Positions 48,397-59,766 of a stretch of 64,000 nt of DNA are shown here, in pieces (positions within the stretch are counted from its first letter, which is position 1; each line of letters begins with the position of its first letter). The translations under genes and the position numbers were made by a program. Below the pieces are notes generated by a model, which was not told where the DNA came from, did no database searches, and was given only the letters and a program-made list of their open reading frames with translations. Source of the DNA: Mollicutes bacterium Phil14 (GTDB taxonomy: Bacteria > Bacillota_I > Bacilli_A > ML615J-28 > CAG-698); NCBI GenBank assembly GCA_001940985.1, contig MSHB01000021.1, forward strand, positions 148,446-212,445, read 5' to 3'.

Positions 48397-49083
48397 TTAA
48401 TTTGACTTATTTCCTTTTTGAATCTCTAAGTATAACTTTGTTAATGCACGTTTTTCAATCCTTGATACATAGCTTCTTGATATTTTAAGATCAGCTGCGA
48501 TTTCTCTTTGTGTTTTTGGTTGGTTTTCATTTAAGCCAAATCTTCTAGCTATTATATCTAATTCTCTTTCGTTTAGTATTTTTAATGCATTATTGATTGT
48601 TTCTTTTTTTTCTTCATAGATTAATTTGTCGAAGCTAGAAATTGTTGGATCTTCAATTACATCACAAAGTTTAATTTCGTTGCCTTCTTTGTCTTGACCA
48701 ATTGTTGAATATAACCAAGTAGTTTGTTTTTTCTTTTTGTTACTTCTTAAATACATTAATATTTCATTTTCTATGCATTTTGCAGCGTATGTTGCAAGTT
48801 TTGTTGATGAATCAAATTTATATGTGTCTACGGCTTTTATTAAACCGAAGGCACCAATTGAAAGTAAATCATCTTTATCTTCACCTGAGTTTTCAAACTT
48901 TTTGACAATATGTGCAACTAAGCGCAAATTATGTTCAATTAATGTTGCTCGAGCATTTTCATCTTTTTGTTGAAGCAATTTTAAATATTTTTCTTCCTCT
49001 TCACTAGTTAGTACTTCTGGATAACTCTGTGAATTGATTGATCCTAAAATTGGAAGAAGTAGAAAAGATAAAAGATTAAACAT
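48397..49083 (-). CDS. sigK: RNA polymerase sporulation sigma factor K (pro-sigma-K with N-terminal pro-sequence), uninterrupted
   Basis: Minus strand; GGGAGG RBS before MFNLLSFLLLPILG...; ~25-aa hydrophobic pro-sequence followed by a short spacer region, then the SigK core LIEHNLRLVAHIVKKFENSGED, KTQREIA...ISRSYVSRIEKRAL. Confidence 0.85.
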   Translation of the reverse strand: MFNLLSFLLLPILGSINSQSYPEVLTSEEEEKYLKLLQQKDENARATLIEHNLRLVAHIVKKFENSGEDKDDLLSIGAFGLIKAVDTYKFDSSTKLATYAAKCIENEILMYLRSNKKKKQTTWLYSTIGQDKEGNEIKLCDVIEDPTISSFDKLIYEEKKETINNALKILNERELDIIARRFGLNENQPKTQREIAADLKISRSYVSRIEKRALTKLYLEIQKGNKSN

Positions 49084-49144
49084 TTTTCCTCCCTTATGGA
49101 CTTTTATCAAAAATTTTAGTATAATATAAAAATGAGGTAAAAAT

Positions 49145-49714
49145 ATGATTGAAAGATTATTTAAAATAAAAAAATATATTCCATTTGGATGTTATATGAC
49201 TATTTTTGATATTCCATTTGGTAAATTATATGAAGAAGGTAAAAGAAAAATACTAATAGATGTTGATAATACAATGTTGCCATACGATTTGAAATATCCA
49301 ACTGATGAAATTCGAAAACTTTTTAATGATTTGAAAGAAATGGGATATGAAATAATATTATTATCTAATAATAATTATGAAAGAGTTTCGCTTGTTGGAG
49401 ATGAATTAGGTGTAAGTTATTTTGCAAAGGCATATAAACCTTTAAAATGCGGGTTTAAAAAAGCTTTGAGAAAACTAAATTGTGATAAAAAAGAAATTAT
49501 TACAATTGGTGATCAATTGATGACTGATATACTTGGTTCTAATAGAGTTGGGCTAGATGGCATATTGGTTAAAGCAATTAAAAGAAAAACTGAAAAATGG
49601 TATACAAAACTTAATAGAAAAAGAGAAGAAAATGTTTTAAGAAGAATCGGTAAATATAATTTGAAAAAGTATGATGAAATAATGAGTGTTAGAGGTGAAA
49701 ATATTGAAAACTAG
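49145..49714 (+). CDS. yqeG: YqeG-family HAD-IIIA phosphatase
   Basis: DVDNTML motif; followed by yqeH as in B. subtilis. Confidence 0.8.
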   Translation: MIERLFKIKKYIPFGCYMTIFDIPFGKLYEEGKRKILIDVDNTMLPYDLKYPTDEIRKLFNDLKEMGYEIILLSNNNYERVSLVGDELGVSYFAKAYKPLKCGFKKALRKLNCDKKEIITIGDQLMTDILGSNRVGLDGILVKAIKRKTEKWYTKLNRKREENVLRRIGKYNLKKYDEIMSVRGENIEN

Positions 49715-50801
49715 ATGTGAAGGATGCGGAATTAAAATTCAAACAGTTGATCCGAAAAAACCTGGATATATTGATAGTGAAGTTTATTTGAAAAATCCAG
49801 ATAACTTTTTATGTGAAAGATGTTTCAATCTAAAGCATTATAATAAATATAGTGAAACTGAAATTGATGAAAAGAAATTTTATGATAATATAGATAAAAT
49901 TTCTAAAACTAATGCATTAGTTGTCTATGTTGTTGACGGCTTTGATTTAGAAGGAACATTCGTTGATAAGATTAAAGAATGGTTTCCTAAAAATAAAGTT
50001 TTAATGATTGTAAATAAGTTTGATTTATTTCTTTCTTCAACAAAACAATCAAAGGTCAAAAAATATATTTCTGATATGTTGGCTGATAAAGATATTCATG
50101 TTAGTGGTTTATTATTAATATCTAGTAAAAAAGAGGAAGATATTGAAAAAGTTTTTCGTGAAATAATAAGATTAAAAGGCGATGAAGATGTATATTTGTT
50201 TGGAGTAACAAATGTTGGTAAATCAACTTTAATTAATGAACTTAGTAAAATAGTATGTGAGAAAAAAACTGATATTACTATTAGCAATATGCCATCAACT
50301 ACTTTAGATGTTATAAAAATTCCATTACTTGATCATACATATTTATATGATATGCCTGGAATAATTAATGATCATCAAATGACATATTATTTAGATAAAA
50401 ACACATTAAATAAAGTGTTGCCTAAAAAGTATATAAAACCAAAAACTTTTCAGTTGAATGAAAAACAAACATTATTTATTAGTGGGTTTGCTTATTTTAA
50501 TTATTTAGAAGGAGATAAAGCTTCATTTGTAACAAACTTTTCTAATGAATTAGTAATTCATAGGACTAAACTTGAAAACGCCAAAGATTTTTTTGAAAAG
50601 CATATTGATGATATTTTATTATATCCATCTGAAAGTATAAGATGTAAACTTGGGAAAATGAAAAGTCAAAAGTTTATGATTGATGGAAAAAAAGATATTG
50701 CGATTAGTGGATTAGGATTTTTAACGGTTCATGGAAAAGGAATTGTTGAAGTAGTAACATATGAAAAAATCAAAGTAGCGATTAGGGAGTCTTTATTATG
50801 A
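49704..50801 (+). CDS. yqeH: ribosome biogenesis GTPase YqeH
   Basis: N-terminal CxGCG zinc-ribbon, circularly permuted GTPase motifs (GVTNVGKST); TTG start 49704 after GAGGTG (ORF-track start 49686 alternative). Confidence 0.8.
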   Translation: MKTRCEGCGIKIQTVDPKKPGYIDSEVYLKNPDNFLCERCFNLKHYNKYSETEIDEKKFYDNIDKISKTNALVVYVVDGFDLEGTFVDKIKEWFPKNKVLMIVNKFDLFLSSTKQSKVKKYISDMLADKDIHVSGLLLISSKKEEDIEKVFREIIRLKGDEDVYLFGVTNVGKSTLINELSKIVCEKKTDITISNMPSTTLDVIKIPLLDHTYLYDMPGIINDHQMTYYLDKNTLNKVLPKKYIKPKTFQLNEKQTLFISGFAYFNYLEGDKASFVTNFSNELVIHRTKLENAKDFFEKHIDDILLYPSESIRCKLGKMKSQKFMIDGKKDIAISGLGFLTVHGKGIVEVVTYEKIKVAIRESLL

Positions 50802-51730
50802 TAGATTATCAAGAAATATTGAAAGATAAATTAATGTCTTCTAATAATCCAGAATGGCTTGAGAGGTATAATCATAGTCTTGGTGTTACGAGAACTGCTC
50901 TAGCTTTAAATAAAGAGTTAAAATTAGGCTTAAATGAAGATAAAGTATACTTAGCTGCTATTTTACATGATTATGCTAAATTTGATGGCTTTGATAGATG
51001 TAAAGAAATAGTTGAAAAATATAATCTTGATAAAGAAATTTTAAATATTAGTCATAAGTTATGGCATTCCTTTTTTGGACCATACATTATTAATGATGAA
51101 CTAGGAATAGATGATAAAGAAATTCTTGATGCAATACGTTATCACACAACTGGCAAACCTAATATGAATGTTTTAGGAGAAGTGATTTTTTTGTCAGATT
51201 ATATTGAAGGAGGGCGTATTGGTGAAGAATTTGAAATAGCTAGACGGGTTGCTTTTGAAGAAAAAAACTTAAAAAAAGCAGTAGCTATTGAATTAGATAA
51301 TTTGATTAAACATTTAAAAAGTATTAATAAAGAAATTAATTCAAATAGCCTAGAAGCTTATAGGTTTTATTATAAATATTTAGATAAGGAAATGAATGGT
51401 TTGGAAAAATTAAAAAGTATATATGAAGTAGTAAATAAAATTAATGCGAAAGATATTTGCGTATATGAGACAAGTAGTGCAACTCCTTTCTTTGATTATG
51501 CGATTGTGGCAACTGTTGCCTCACAAAGGCAATTAAATGCTTTGGCTGGTAATATTAAAGAAGATAGTGCAAAATATGGTTACAATATTCGTGGCGTTGA
51601 AGGAGCAAATAGTGGTGAATGGGTTTTGGTAGATGCATATGATGTCTTAGTCAATGTTTTTACAAAAGAAGCAAGAGAACATTATGATTTAGACAGAGTG
51701 TGGAAAAACCTACCTAAAGTAAAAATGTAA
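50798..51730 (+). CDS. fusion protein: YqeK HD-domain (Ap4A hydrolase-like) N-terminal + RsfS/iojap ribosome silencing factor C-terminal
   Basis: aa 1-190 HD motif (ILHDYAKF, RYHTTG); aa ~200-310 RsfS-like (ICVYETSSATPFFDYAIVATVASQRQLNALAGNI...WVLVDAYDVLVNVF); continuous frame. Confidence 0.8.
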   Translation: MIDYQEILKDKLMSSNNPEWLERYNHSLGVTRTALALNKELKLGLNEDKVYLAAILHDYAKFDGFDRCKEIVEKYNLDKEILNISHKLWHSFFGPYIINDELGIDDKEILDAIRYHTTGKPNMNVLGEVIFLSDYIEGGRIGEEFEIARRVAFEEKNLKKAVAIELDNLIKHLKSINKEINSNSLEAYRFYYKYLDKEMNGLEKLKSIYEVVNKINAKDICVYETSSATPFFDYAIVATVASQRQLNALAGNIKEDSAKYGYNIRGVEGANSGEWVLVDAYDVLVNVFTKEAREHYDLDRVWKNLPKVKM

Positions 51731-51773
51731 ATAATTGTAGATAATATGGAAACAATAATCTTGGGTGATATTT

Positions 51774-51962
51774 ATGAAAAAATATTTTATTTCTAAAGAT
51801 AAAGATAGTTTCCATATTTTTTATAAAGGCAGTACAGATCTTGAAAAAACTAAATACAAAAATGAGTTAAGACAAAATTATGGAATTGAATCAAGTAAAG
51901 AATTATATGATGAAGTAAGTTTAGAGCTATTATTAAATAAAAAAAATAATAGTAATAAATAG
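51774..51962 (+). CDS. hypothetical small protein (62 aa)
   Basis: GGGTGA RBS; no recognisable domain. Confidence 0.3.
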   Translation: MKKYFISKDKDSFHIFYKGSTDLEKTKYKNELRQNYGIESSKELYDEVSLELLLNKKNNSNK

Positions 51963-52014
51963 AAAAAACGACATATAATTATAGTGTAAAAGAAAAAAAG
52001 AGAAGGGTGATTAA

Positions 52015-52257
52015 TTGCTATTAAGCGAATTACAATCTAAAGATGTTGTTAATGTCGTTGATGGGGGAAGGTTAGGAAGAATATCTGATATTGATATGGA
52101 TACGATAAATGGGAAAATAATATCAATAACGGTTAGACCTAACACGAGGTTAGCTAACTTTTTTAGCAATAATAACAATGCAGTAATTCCTTGGGGCCAA
52201 ATAGTAAAAATAGGCGGAGAAGTTATTATTGTTAATTATAGTGGTTATGTAAAATAA
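52015..52257 (+). CDS. YlmC/YmxH-family PRC-barrel sporulation protein
   Basis: ELQSKDVVNVVDGGRLGRISDIDMD... typical YlmC/YmxH; TTG start after GGGTGA. Confidence 0.7.
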   Translation: MLLSELQSKDVVNVVDGGRLGRISDIDMDTINGKIISITVRPNTRLANFFSNNNNAVIPWGQIVKIGGEVIIVNYSGYVK

Positions 52258-52365
52258 AATGATTAGTATTAACATATGTTAATACTTTTTTATTATTTCA
52301 CTTAACTTTTATTTAAAAATATATTATAATTAAGGAAATTATTATAATTATAAGGAGCATTTGTT

Positions 52366-53301
52366 ATGAAATGTATTTTTGGAATTGATTTGGGCGGAAC
52401 ACAAATAAAAATTGGAAAGTTTATTGACGGTAAGCTTGTGTTAAAATATGCCATTGATACAGATGTTAGTGATAATGGAAAAAACATTATTAATGATATT
52501 TGCGTAACTATAGAAAAAAATTTGAATAGTGATACTTTGATTGGTATTGGTATTGATGTTCCAGGACCCGTAAAAGACGGTTGGGTTTTAGGTGCCCAAA
52601 ATATTGGTTGGAAAAGTGTAAATGTTAAGGGAGAAATTTCTAATCGTTTTCCTAATGTTTTAGTAGAAGTATTAAATGATGCTAATGCTGCCTTGTATGG
52701 TGAATATTATTGCGGTGGAGCAAAAGGATATAAAAATGTTGTTATGATGACCTTAGGAACTGGTTTAGGTGGGGGAATAATCATAGATGGTAAGGTGTAT
52801 GAAGGTGCTAATGGCTCTAGTGGAGAGATTGGACATATTTGTATAGATAAGAATGGAAGAGATTGCACTTGTGGTTTAAAAGGATGTGTTGAACAGTATA
52901 CTAGTGCAGTAGGAATTTTGAGGACCGCAGATGAGATGCGAAAAAGTTGCGGAAAAGAAACAATGCTAAATAAAGAAAATTTAACTTGTAAAGATGTTTT
53001 TGATTTTGCAAAACTTGGTGATGAAGTTGCTCTTGAGGTTATTGAAGATGTCACTGATAAATTAGCAATTGGTGCAGCAGCAGTTTGTAACACCCTTAAT
53101 CCTGATTTAATGTTAGTTGGTGGTGGCGTTAGTAAAGCAGGCGAATTTTTACTAGAAAGATTAGAAAAGAAATTCAAAAAATATGCCTTTTATTCAGTTA
53201 GAGATACAAAGTTTGCACTTGCAAAATTAGGCAATGATGCTGGTATATTTGGAAGTTTCTATTCTGTTTGGTGTAAAGTTGATGAGAGTAGTAATTTATA
53301 A
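52366..53301 (+). CDS. glcK: ROK-family glucokinase
   Basis: GIDLGGT, ROK zinc motif CTCGLKGCVE. Confidence 0.85.
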   Translation: MKCIFGIDLGGTQIKIGKFIDGKLVLKYAIDTDVSDNGKNIINDICVTIEKNLNSDTLIGIGIDVPGPVKDGWVLGAQNIGWKSVNVKGEISNRFPNVLVEVLNDANAALYGEYYCGGAKGYKNVVMMTLGTGLGGGIIIDGKVYEGANGSSGEIGHICIDKNGRDCTCGLKGCVEQYTSAVGILRTADEMRKSCGKETMLNKENLTCKDVFDFAKLGDEVALEVIEDVTDKLAIGAAAVCNTLNPDLMLVGGGVSKAGEFLLERLEKKFKKYAFYSVRDTKFALAKLGNDAGIFGSFYSVWCKVDESSNL

Positions 53302-53893
53302 TAATAATCCAATGGAGACTAATTGCTATGTGTTAGAAACTGATGATGTAGCAATAGTTATTGATCCTTGCTATTCTTATGACTTATTACCTAATAAGAT
53401 TAAAGACAAATTGCAAGCTGTTTTTATTACTCATGGACATTTTGATCATTTTACATTTTTAGAGACATATAAAAACAAAAAATTAACTTTTTATATGAGT
53501 GAAAAATGCTATTATAAACTGTCAAATAGTTTGCGCAATTGTTCATCGCTTGGATATTCACCTCTTGAGGTTAGTATTAATGATGAAAAAGTTGTATTTG
53601 TAAAAGATGGCGATATAGTTAAAGTTTCTGGTATCAATGTAAAATGTTTTGAAACTTTAGGTCATAGTAATTGTTCTATCTCATATTTGATAGATGGAAA
53701 ACTATTCTGTGGAGATTTTATTTTTAAGGGTAGCATCGGTAGGACTGATTTGATTACAGGAAATCAAGAAAATATGCAAAAGTCTATAAAACGCTTTAAA
53801 ACTTTTGATGAAAACTATGTAATTTATCCTGGACATGGTGATGCTACAACATTGTTAGAAGAAAAAGACAATAATTATTATTTCAAAAATTAA
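53282..53893 (+). CDS. MBL-fold metallo-hydrolase
   Basis: HxHxDH motif ITHGHFDHF; start MRVVIYNN overlaps the glcK end. Confidence 0.7.
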   Translation: MRVVIYNNNPMETNCYVLETDDVAIVIDPCYSYDLLPNKIKDKLQAVFITHGHFDHFTFLETYKNKKLTFYMSEKCYYKLSNSLRNCSSLGYSPLEVSINDEKVVFVKDGDIVKVSGINVKCFETLGHSNCSISYLIDGKLFCGDFIFKGSIGRTDLITGNQENMQKSIKRFKTFDENYVIYPGHGDATTLLEEKDNNYYFKN

Positions 53894-53909
53894 GGATTAT
53901 GGTGAAACT

Positions 53910-54743
53910 ATGTATGAAATTTTATTAGCAGAAAAATTAAATGGTTCAGTAATGAAAATGGTAATCTCTGCTCCTTTAGTTGCAAAAAAATGTTTGGCTG
54001 GTCAATTCATAATACTAAGAGTTGATGAAGTTGGAGAAAGAATACCTTTAACTATTTTTGACTACGATAGAAAAAGTGGGACTGTTTCGATTATTTTTCA
54101 GATTGTTGGCGCTACTACAAGAAAATTAAGTTTGTTAAAAAAAGGTGATTATCTTTTTGATTTTGTAGGACCACTTGGAAATCCTACTAATACTAATGAT
54201 ATTAATAAAGTTTTGGTAATTGGTGGTGGTGTTGGTACAGCGATTGCCTTTCCTATTTGCAAGGAATTATATGAAAGCAAAAAAGAAGTCGATGCTATAG
54301 CTGGCTTCAGAAACAAAGAATTAGTAATTTTGGAAGATGATTTTAGAGATGTTACGAAACAATTCTTTATTATGACTGATGATGGTAGTTATGGTGAAAA
54401 AGGATTAGTTACTGAAAAGTTAGAAAAACTGATTTTAAGTGGAAGTAATTATGAAAGAGTATATGCCATTGGACCTCTACCAATGATGAAATTTGTGTCA
54501 AAAGTATGTGATAAATATAATATTCCAGTTATTGTTAGTATGAATTCTATTATGATAGATGGTACTGGAATGTGTGGTTGTTGTCGTTTGCTAGTTGATG
54601 GAAAAGTGAGATTTGCATGTATAGATGGTCCTGAGTTTGATGGAACTAAGGTCGATTATGATGAAGCAATTAAAAGAAATAAAATGTATTTCAAAGAAGA
54701 AAGAGAAAAAGATTGTAATCTTTTGAGGAGAATTGATGAATAG
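53910..54743 (+). CDS. nfnA: NfnA/SudB-like FAD + [2Fe-2S] oxidoreductase subunit (PyrK-like)
   Basis: C-terminal CGCCRLLVDGKVRFACIDGPEF [2Fe-2S] motif; partner gene follows. Confidence 0.75.
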   Translation: MYEILLAEKLNGSVMKMVISAPLVAKKCLAGQFIILRVDEVGERIPLTIFDYDRKSGTVSIIFQIVGATTRKLSLLKKGDYLFDFVGPLGNPTNTNDINKVLVIGGGVGTAIAFPICKELYESKKEVDAIAGFRNKELVILEDDFRDVTKQFFIMTDDGSYGEKGLVTEKLEKLILSGSNYERVYAIGPLPMMKFVSKVCDKYNIPVIVSMNSIMIDGTGMCGCCRLLVDGKVRFACIDGPEFDGTKVDYDEAIKRNKMYFKEEREKDCNLLRRIDE

Positions 54744-56100
54744 AGTCGAAATGCGTTTATTAGATATTGATAAGAGAAAAACTACTTTTGAAGAAGTTGC
54801 ACTAGGATATAATAAAAAGGAAATGCTAGATGAAGCGAGCAGATGCTTAAATTGCAAAAATAAACCTTGTGTTTCTGGTTGCCTTGTAAATATTGATATA
54901 CCAAAGTTTATTGATTTTCTAAAGAAGGATAATGTTGATGAGGCATATAATGTAATTAGCAAATCTAGTTTATTGCCTGGAATTTGTGGAAGAGTTTGTC
55001 CTCAAGAAACTCAATGCGAAGCAAAATGTATAAGAGGTATTAAAGGTGAAAGTATTGCAATCGGAAGATTGGAAAGATATGTAGCTGATAACGCTGCGAA
55101 AAATTTTGTTTTTAGTGAAAGCGAAGGAAAAGCAAAAGTTGCAATCATTGGTTCTGGACCTTCTGGTCTTTCATGTGCTGGTACATTATCCACGTTAGGA
55201 TATGATGTTACAGTTTTTGAAGCTATGCATAAATTTGGCGGAGTTTTAATATATGGAATTCCTGAATTTAGATTACCTAAAACTATAGTTTCTGAAGAAA
55301 TAGAAAAACTTGAAAAATTGGGTGTAAAATTTATTAAAAATGTCGTTTTTGGTAAAACGATTGATATTAATGATTTGATAGATGAAGGTTATAAGGCGAT
55401 TTTTATTGGTTGTGGCGCTGGACTTCCAAACTTTATGGGTATACCTGGAGAAAATCTAAATGGTGTGTATTCAGCAAATGAGTTCTTAACTAGAGTGAAT
55501 TTAATGAAAGCTAGTGACGAAAGGTATGATACACCATTAGGCGATTTGGGAGATGTTGTAGTTGTTGGTGGTGGAAATGTTGCTATGGATGCTTCTAGAT
55601 GCGCTCTTAGAGCTAAAGCTAAAAGCGTTAGTTTAGTATATAGAAGAGACTTTGAACAAATGCCTGCTCGTAAAGAAGAAGTGCTTCATGCTCAAGAAGA
55701 AGGCGTTAATTTTAATGTTTTGACTAATCCTTGTGAAATACTTGGAGATGAATTAGATAATATTGTTGGTGTAAAATGCGTAAAAATGGAGTTAAGTGCT
55801 CCTGATTCTAGTGGCAGAAGAAGGCCTGTAGAAATTAAGAATAGTCAATTTATAAAAAAAGCTAATACAGTTATTATGGCCATAGGAAATAACCCTAACC
55901 CATTAATAAAAAATATTACTCCTGCTATTAAGCTTAATCAAAAAGGCTGCATAGAGATTGATGAAAATCATATGACATCACTACCTGGAGTGTTTGCTGG
56001 AGGCGATATTGTAACTGGAGCTGCTACTGTTATTTTAGCTATGCAAGCTGGAAAAGAATCTGCTTATTCTATTGATAAATATTTAAAAAATAAACTATAA
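54733..56100 (+). CDS. nfnB: NfnB/SudA/GltD-like NADPH-dependent oxidoreductase subunit (2x[4Fe-4S] + FAD/NAD)
   Basis: Two Cys clusters, GSGPSG and GGGNVAMD nucleotide-binding motifs. Confidence 0.8.
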   Translation: MMNRVEMRLLDIDKRKTTFEEVALGYNKKEMLDEASRCLNCKNKPCVSGCLVNIDIPKFIDFLKKDNVDEAYNVISKSSLLPGICGRVCPQETQCEAKCIRGIKGESIAIGRLERYVADNAAKNFVFSESEGKAKVAIIGSGPSGLSCAGTLSTLGYDVTVFEAMHKFGGVLIYGIPEFRLPKTIVSEEIEKLEKLGVKFIKNVVFGKTIDINDLIDEGYKAIFIGCGAGLPNFMGIPGENLNGVYSANEFLTRVNLMKASDERYDTPLGDLGDVVVVGGGNVAMDASRCALRAKAKSVSLVYRRDFEQMPARKEEVLHAQEEGVNFNVLTNPCEILGDELDNIVGVKCVKMELSAPDSSGRRRPVEIKNSQFIKKANTVIMAIGNNPNPLIKNITPAIKLNQKGCIEIDENHMTSLPGVFAGGDIVTGAATVILAMQAGKESAYSIDKYLKNKL

Positions 56101-56109
56101 ATTAATTAT

Positions 56110-56150
56110 TAATGTAGATATTTTTGTATCTACATTTTTATTTTTTTAAA
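56110..56150 (+). terminator. Rho-independent terminator after nfnB
   Basis: ATGTAGATAtttttgTATCTACAT + T-run. Confidence 0.65.
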
Positions 56151-56204
56151 GTTTTTTATTTATGAATAAAAATAAAAAAAATATCATAAAATATTTTAGA
56201 AAAA

Positions 56205-56231
56205 TTAGCACAAAAGTATTGACAGTGCTAA
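56205..56231. promoter_or_regulatory. CIRCE operator 1 (TTAGCACAA-N9-CAGTGCTAA) overlapping the -35 TTGACA
   Basis: Close match to CIRCE consensus TTAGCACTC-N9-GAGTGCTAA; TTGACA-16-TATAAT promoter embedded. Confidence 0.75.
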
Positions 56232-56249
56232 AAAAAGTGATATAATATA

Positions 56250-56276
56250 TTAGCAATCTGAAAAAGAGAGTGCTAA
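56250..56276. promoter_or_regulatory. CIRCE operator 2 (TTAGCAATC-N9-GAGTGCTAA)
   Basis: Near-perfect CIRCE just downstream of the -10 (56241-56246) and upstream of hrcA. Confidence 0.8.
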
Positions 56277-56297
56277 TAATAAATAATAGGAGGTCGT

Positions 56298-57320
56298 ATG
56301 AGTTCAATTTCAAAGAGAAAAAAGATGATCTTGAAAGCGATAGTAGAAGAGTATGTTAAAACAAATGAACCTGTCGGCTCTAAAGTTTTGGTTAATAGAC
56401 CTGAGTTTTGCTTGAATGTTTCTTCAGCAACTATTAGAAATGATATGATGGAACTTGAAGAAGATGGATTGATTTCGAAAAATCATTTATCAAGTGGTAG
56501 AGTACCATCAGAAGAAGGTTATAGAGTATATGTTCAAGAAATACTAAAAGATCGTGATACTGAAAAAGAATCGTTTCCAATGATTGATGAAATATTTGAG
56601 AGAGAAGCAATTAGCCGTGAAGAGGCTATTAAAGAAAGCGTATCTTTGATTACTGATTTGACTAATTATGCCTCTATCGTTATGGGTGCAACTGGATATC
56701 ACGCCAGAATAAAGAAATTACAGTTTATTACATTATCAGAACGCCACGGAGTAATTTTGATGGTAACTGATAAGGGTTATGTTGAAAGTAAAAAAATTAT
56801 TATACCTGAAAATGTTGGTGCTCGAAACATGGAGAAAATCATTACCGTATTGAATGATATATTGATTGATTGTCCAATTTCAGATATAGAAAATGTTCTT
56901 CGTAATAGTTTGAATGAATATGATTTACGTGATTATTTCAATTATTATGATAAATTAGTTGGAGCTTTGGTTCAAACAATAACTGATATGGCTAAGGATA
57001 AATACTTCTTATCTGGTCAAAGCAAGATATTAAATCAACCTGAGTTTCAAGATGTTTCAAAAGCTAGAGGATTACTTCAAGCTATTGAAAAACAAGACAT
57101 TTTCAAATCAATCAGCGCTAATGAACATGGTATAACTGTAAAAATTGGTAATGACAATGTTGTTAAAGCAATGAAAGATTGTACTGTTATTACAGTTCCT
57201 TATGAAATATCTGAAGGCGAATATGGTGCAATAGCAGTTGTTGGTCCAACAAGAATGGAATATAAGAAAATTATTCCTTTGTTAGAGTATATTGCTAAAA
57301 ATATTAAGAAAGTGATGTAA
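56298..57320 (+). CDS. hrcA: heat-inducible transcription repressor HrcA
   Basis: AGGAGG RBS; HrcA N-terminal winged helix (ILKAIVEEYVKTNEPVGSK). Confidence 0.9.
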   Translation: MSSISKRKKMILKAIVEEYVKTNEPVGSKVLVNRPEFCLNVSSATIRNDMMELEEDGLISKNHLSSGRVPSEEGYRVYVQEILKDRDTEKESFPMIDEIFEREAISREEAIKESVSLITDLTNYASIVMGATGYHARIKKLQFITLSERHGVILMVTDKGYVESKKIIIPENVGARNMEKIITVLNDILIDCPISDIENVLRNSLNEYDLRDYFNYYDKLVGALVQTITDMAKDKYFLSGQSKILNQPEFQDVSKARGLLQAIEKQDIFKSISANEHGITVKIGNDNVVKAMKDCTVITVPYEISEGEYGAIAVVGPTRMEYKKIIPLLEYIAKNIKKVM

Positions 57321-57324
57321 AAAA

Positions 57325-57897
57325 ATGGCTAATCGTTATAGAGAAGAAGAAAAACAAGAAAAAGAATTAAATAGTGAGGAAAATTCAGATATTCAAGAAG
57401 AAGAGTTAGAGATAATTGATGATCAAGAATCTGAAGAAATTAGGAAGTTAAAAGAAGAAAATGCTAAACTAAAAGAACAATATTTGAAAGTTTTAGCTGA
57501 TTCTGAAAACTACCGAAAGAGAATTGATGAGGAAAGAATAAGAGATAGAAAATATGGTTGTCAAAGATTAATAGAAAAAATTATTCCATCTATAGATATC
57601 TTTGATAAAGCTATAAATGTAAAAACTGATGATGAAAAATTGAAAAATTTCTTAATTGGTTTCCAAATGATAAACAACAACTTAAAACAAACTCTTGAAG
57701 AAGAGGGTGTAAAGAAAATTAAAGCTGTTGGTGAAAAATTCGATCCTAAATTCCATCATGCTGTTGAAACTGAATGGAATGAAGATATGGAAGAAGATAT
57801 TGTGATTAGTGAAATGCAAACTGGTTTTATGTTCAAGGATAGAGTATTAAGACCATCACTTGTAAAAGTGAATAAAAAAAATATTGAAAATAAATAA
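57325..57897 (+). CDS. grpE: nucleotide exchange factor GrpE
   Basis: Coiled-coil plus GrpE C-terminal motif; hrcA-grpE-dnaK-dnaJ order. Confidence 0.9.
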   Translation: MANRYREEEKQEKELNSEENSDIQEEELEIIDDQESEEIRKLKEENAKLKEQYLKVLADSENYRKRIDEERIRDRKYGCQRLIEKIIPSIDIFDKAINVKTDDEKLKNFLIGFQMINNNLKQTLEEEGVKKIKAVGEKFDPKFHHAVETEWNEDMEEDIVISEMQTGFMFKDRVLRPSLVKVNKKNIENK

Positions 57898-59742
<1,845 letters not shown>

Positions 59743-59766
59743 GCCAAAAAAGGGAAGTTATAAAGT

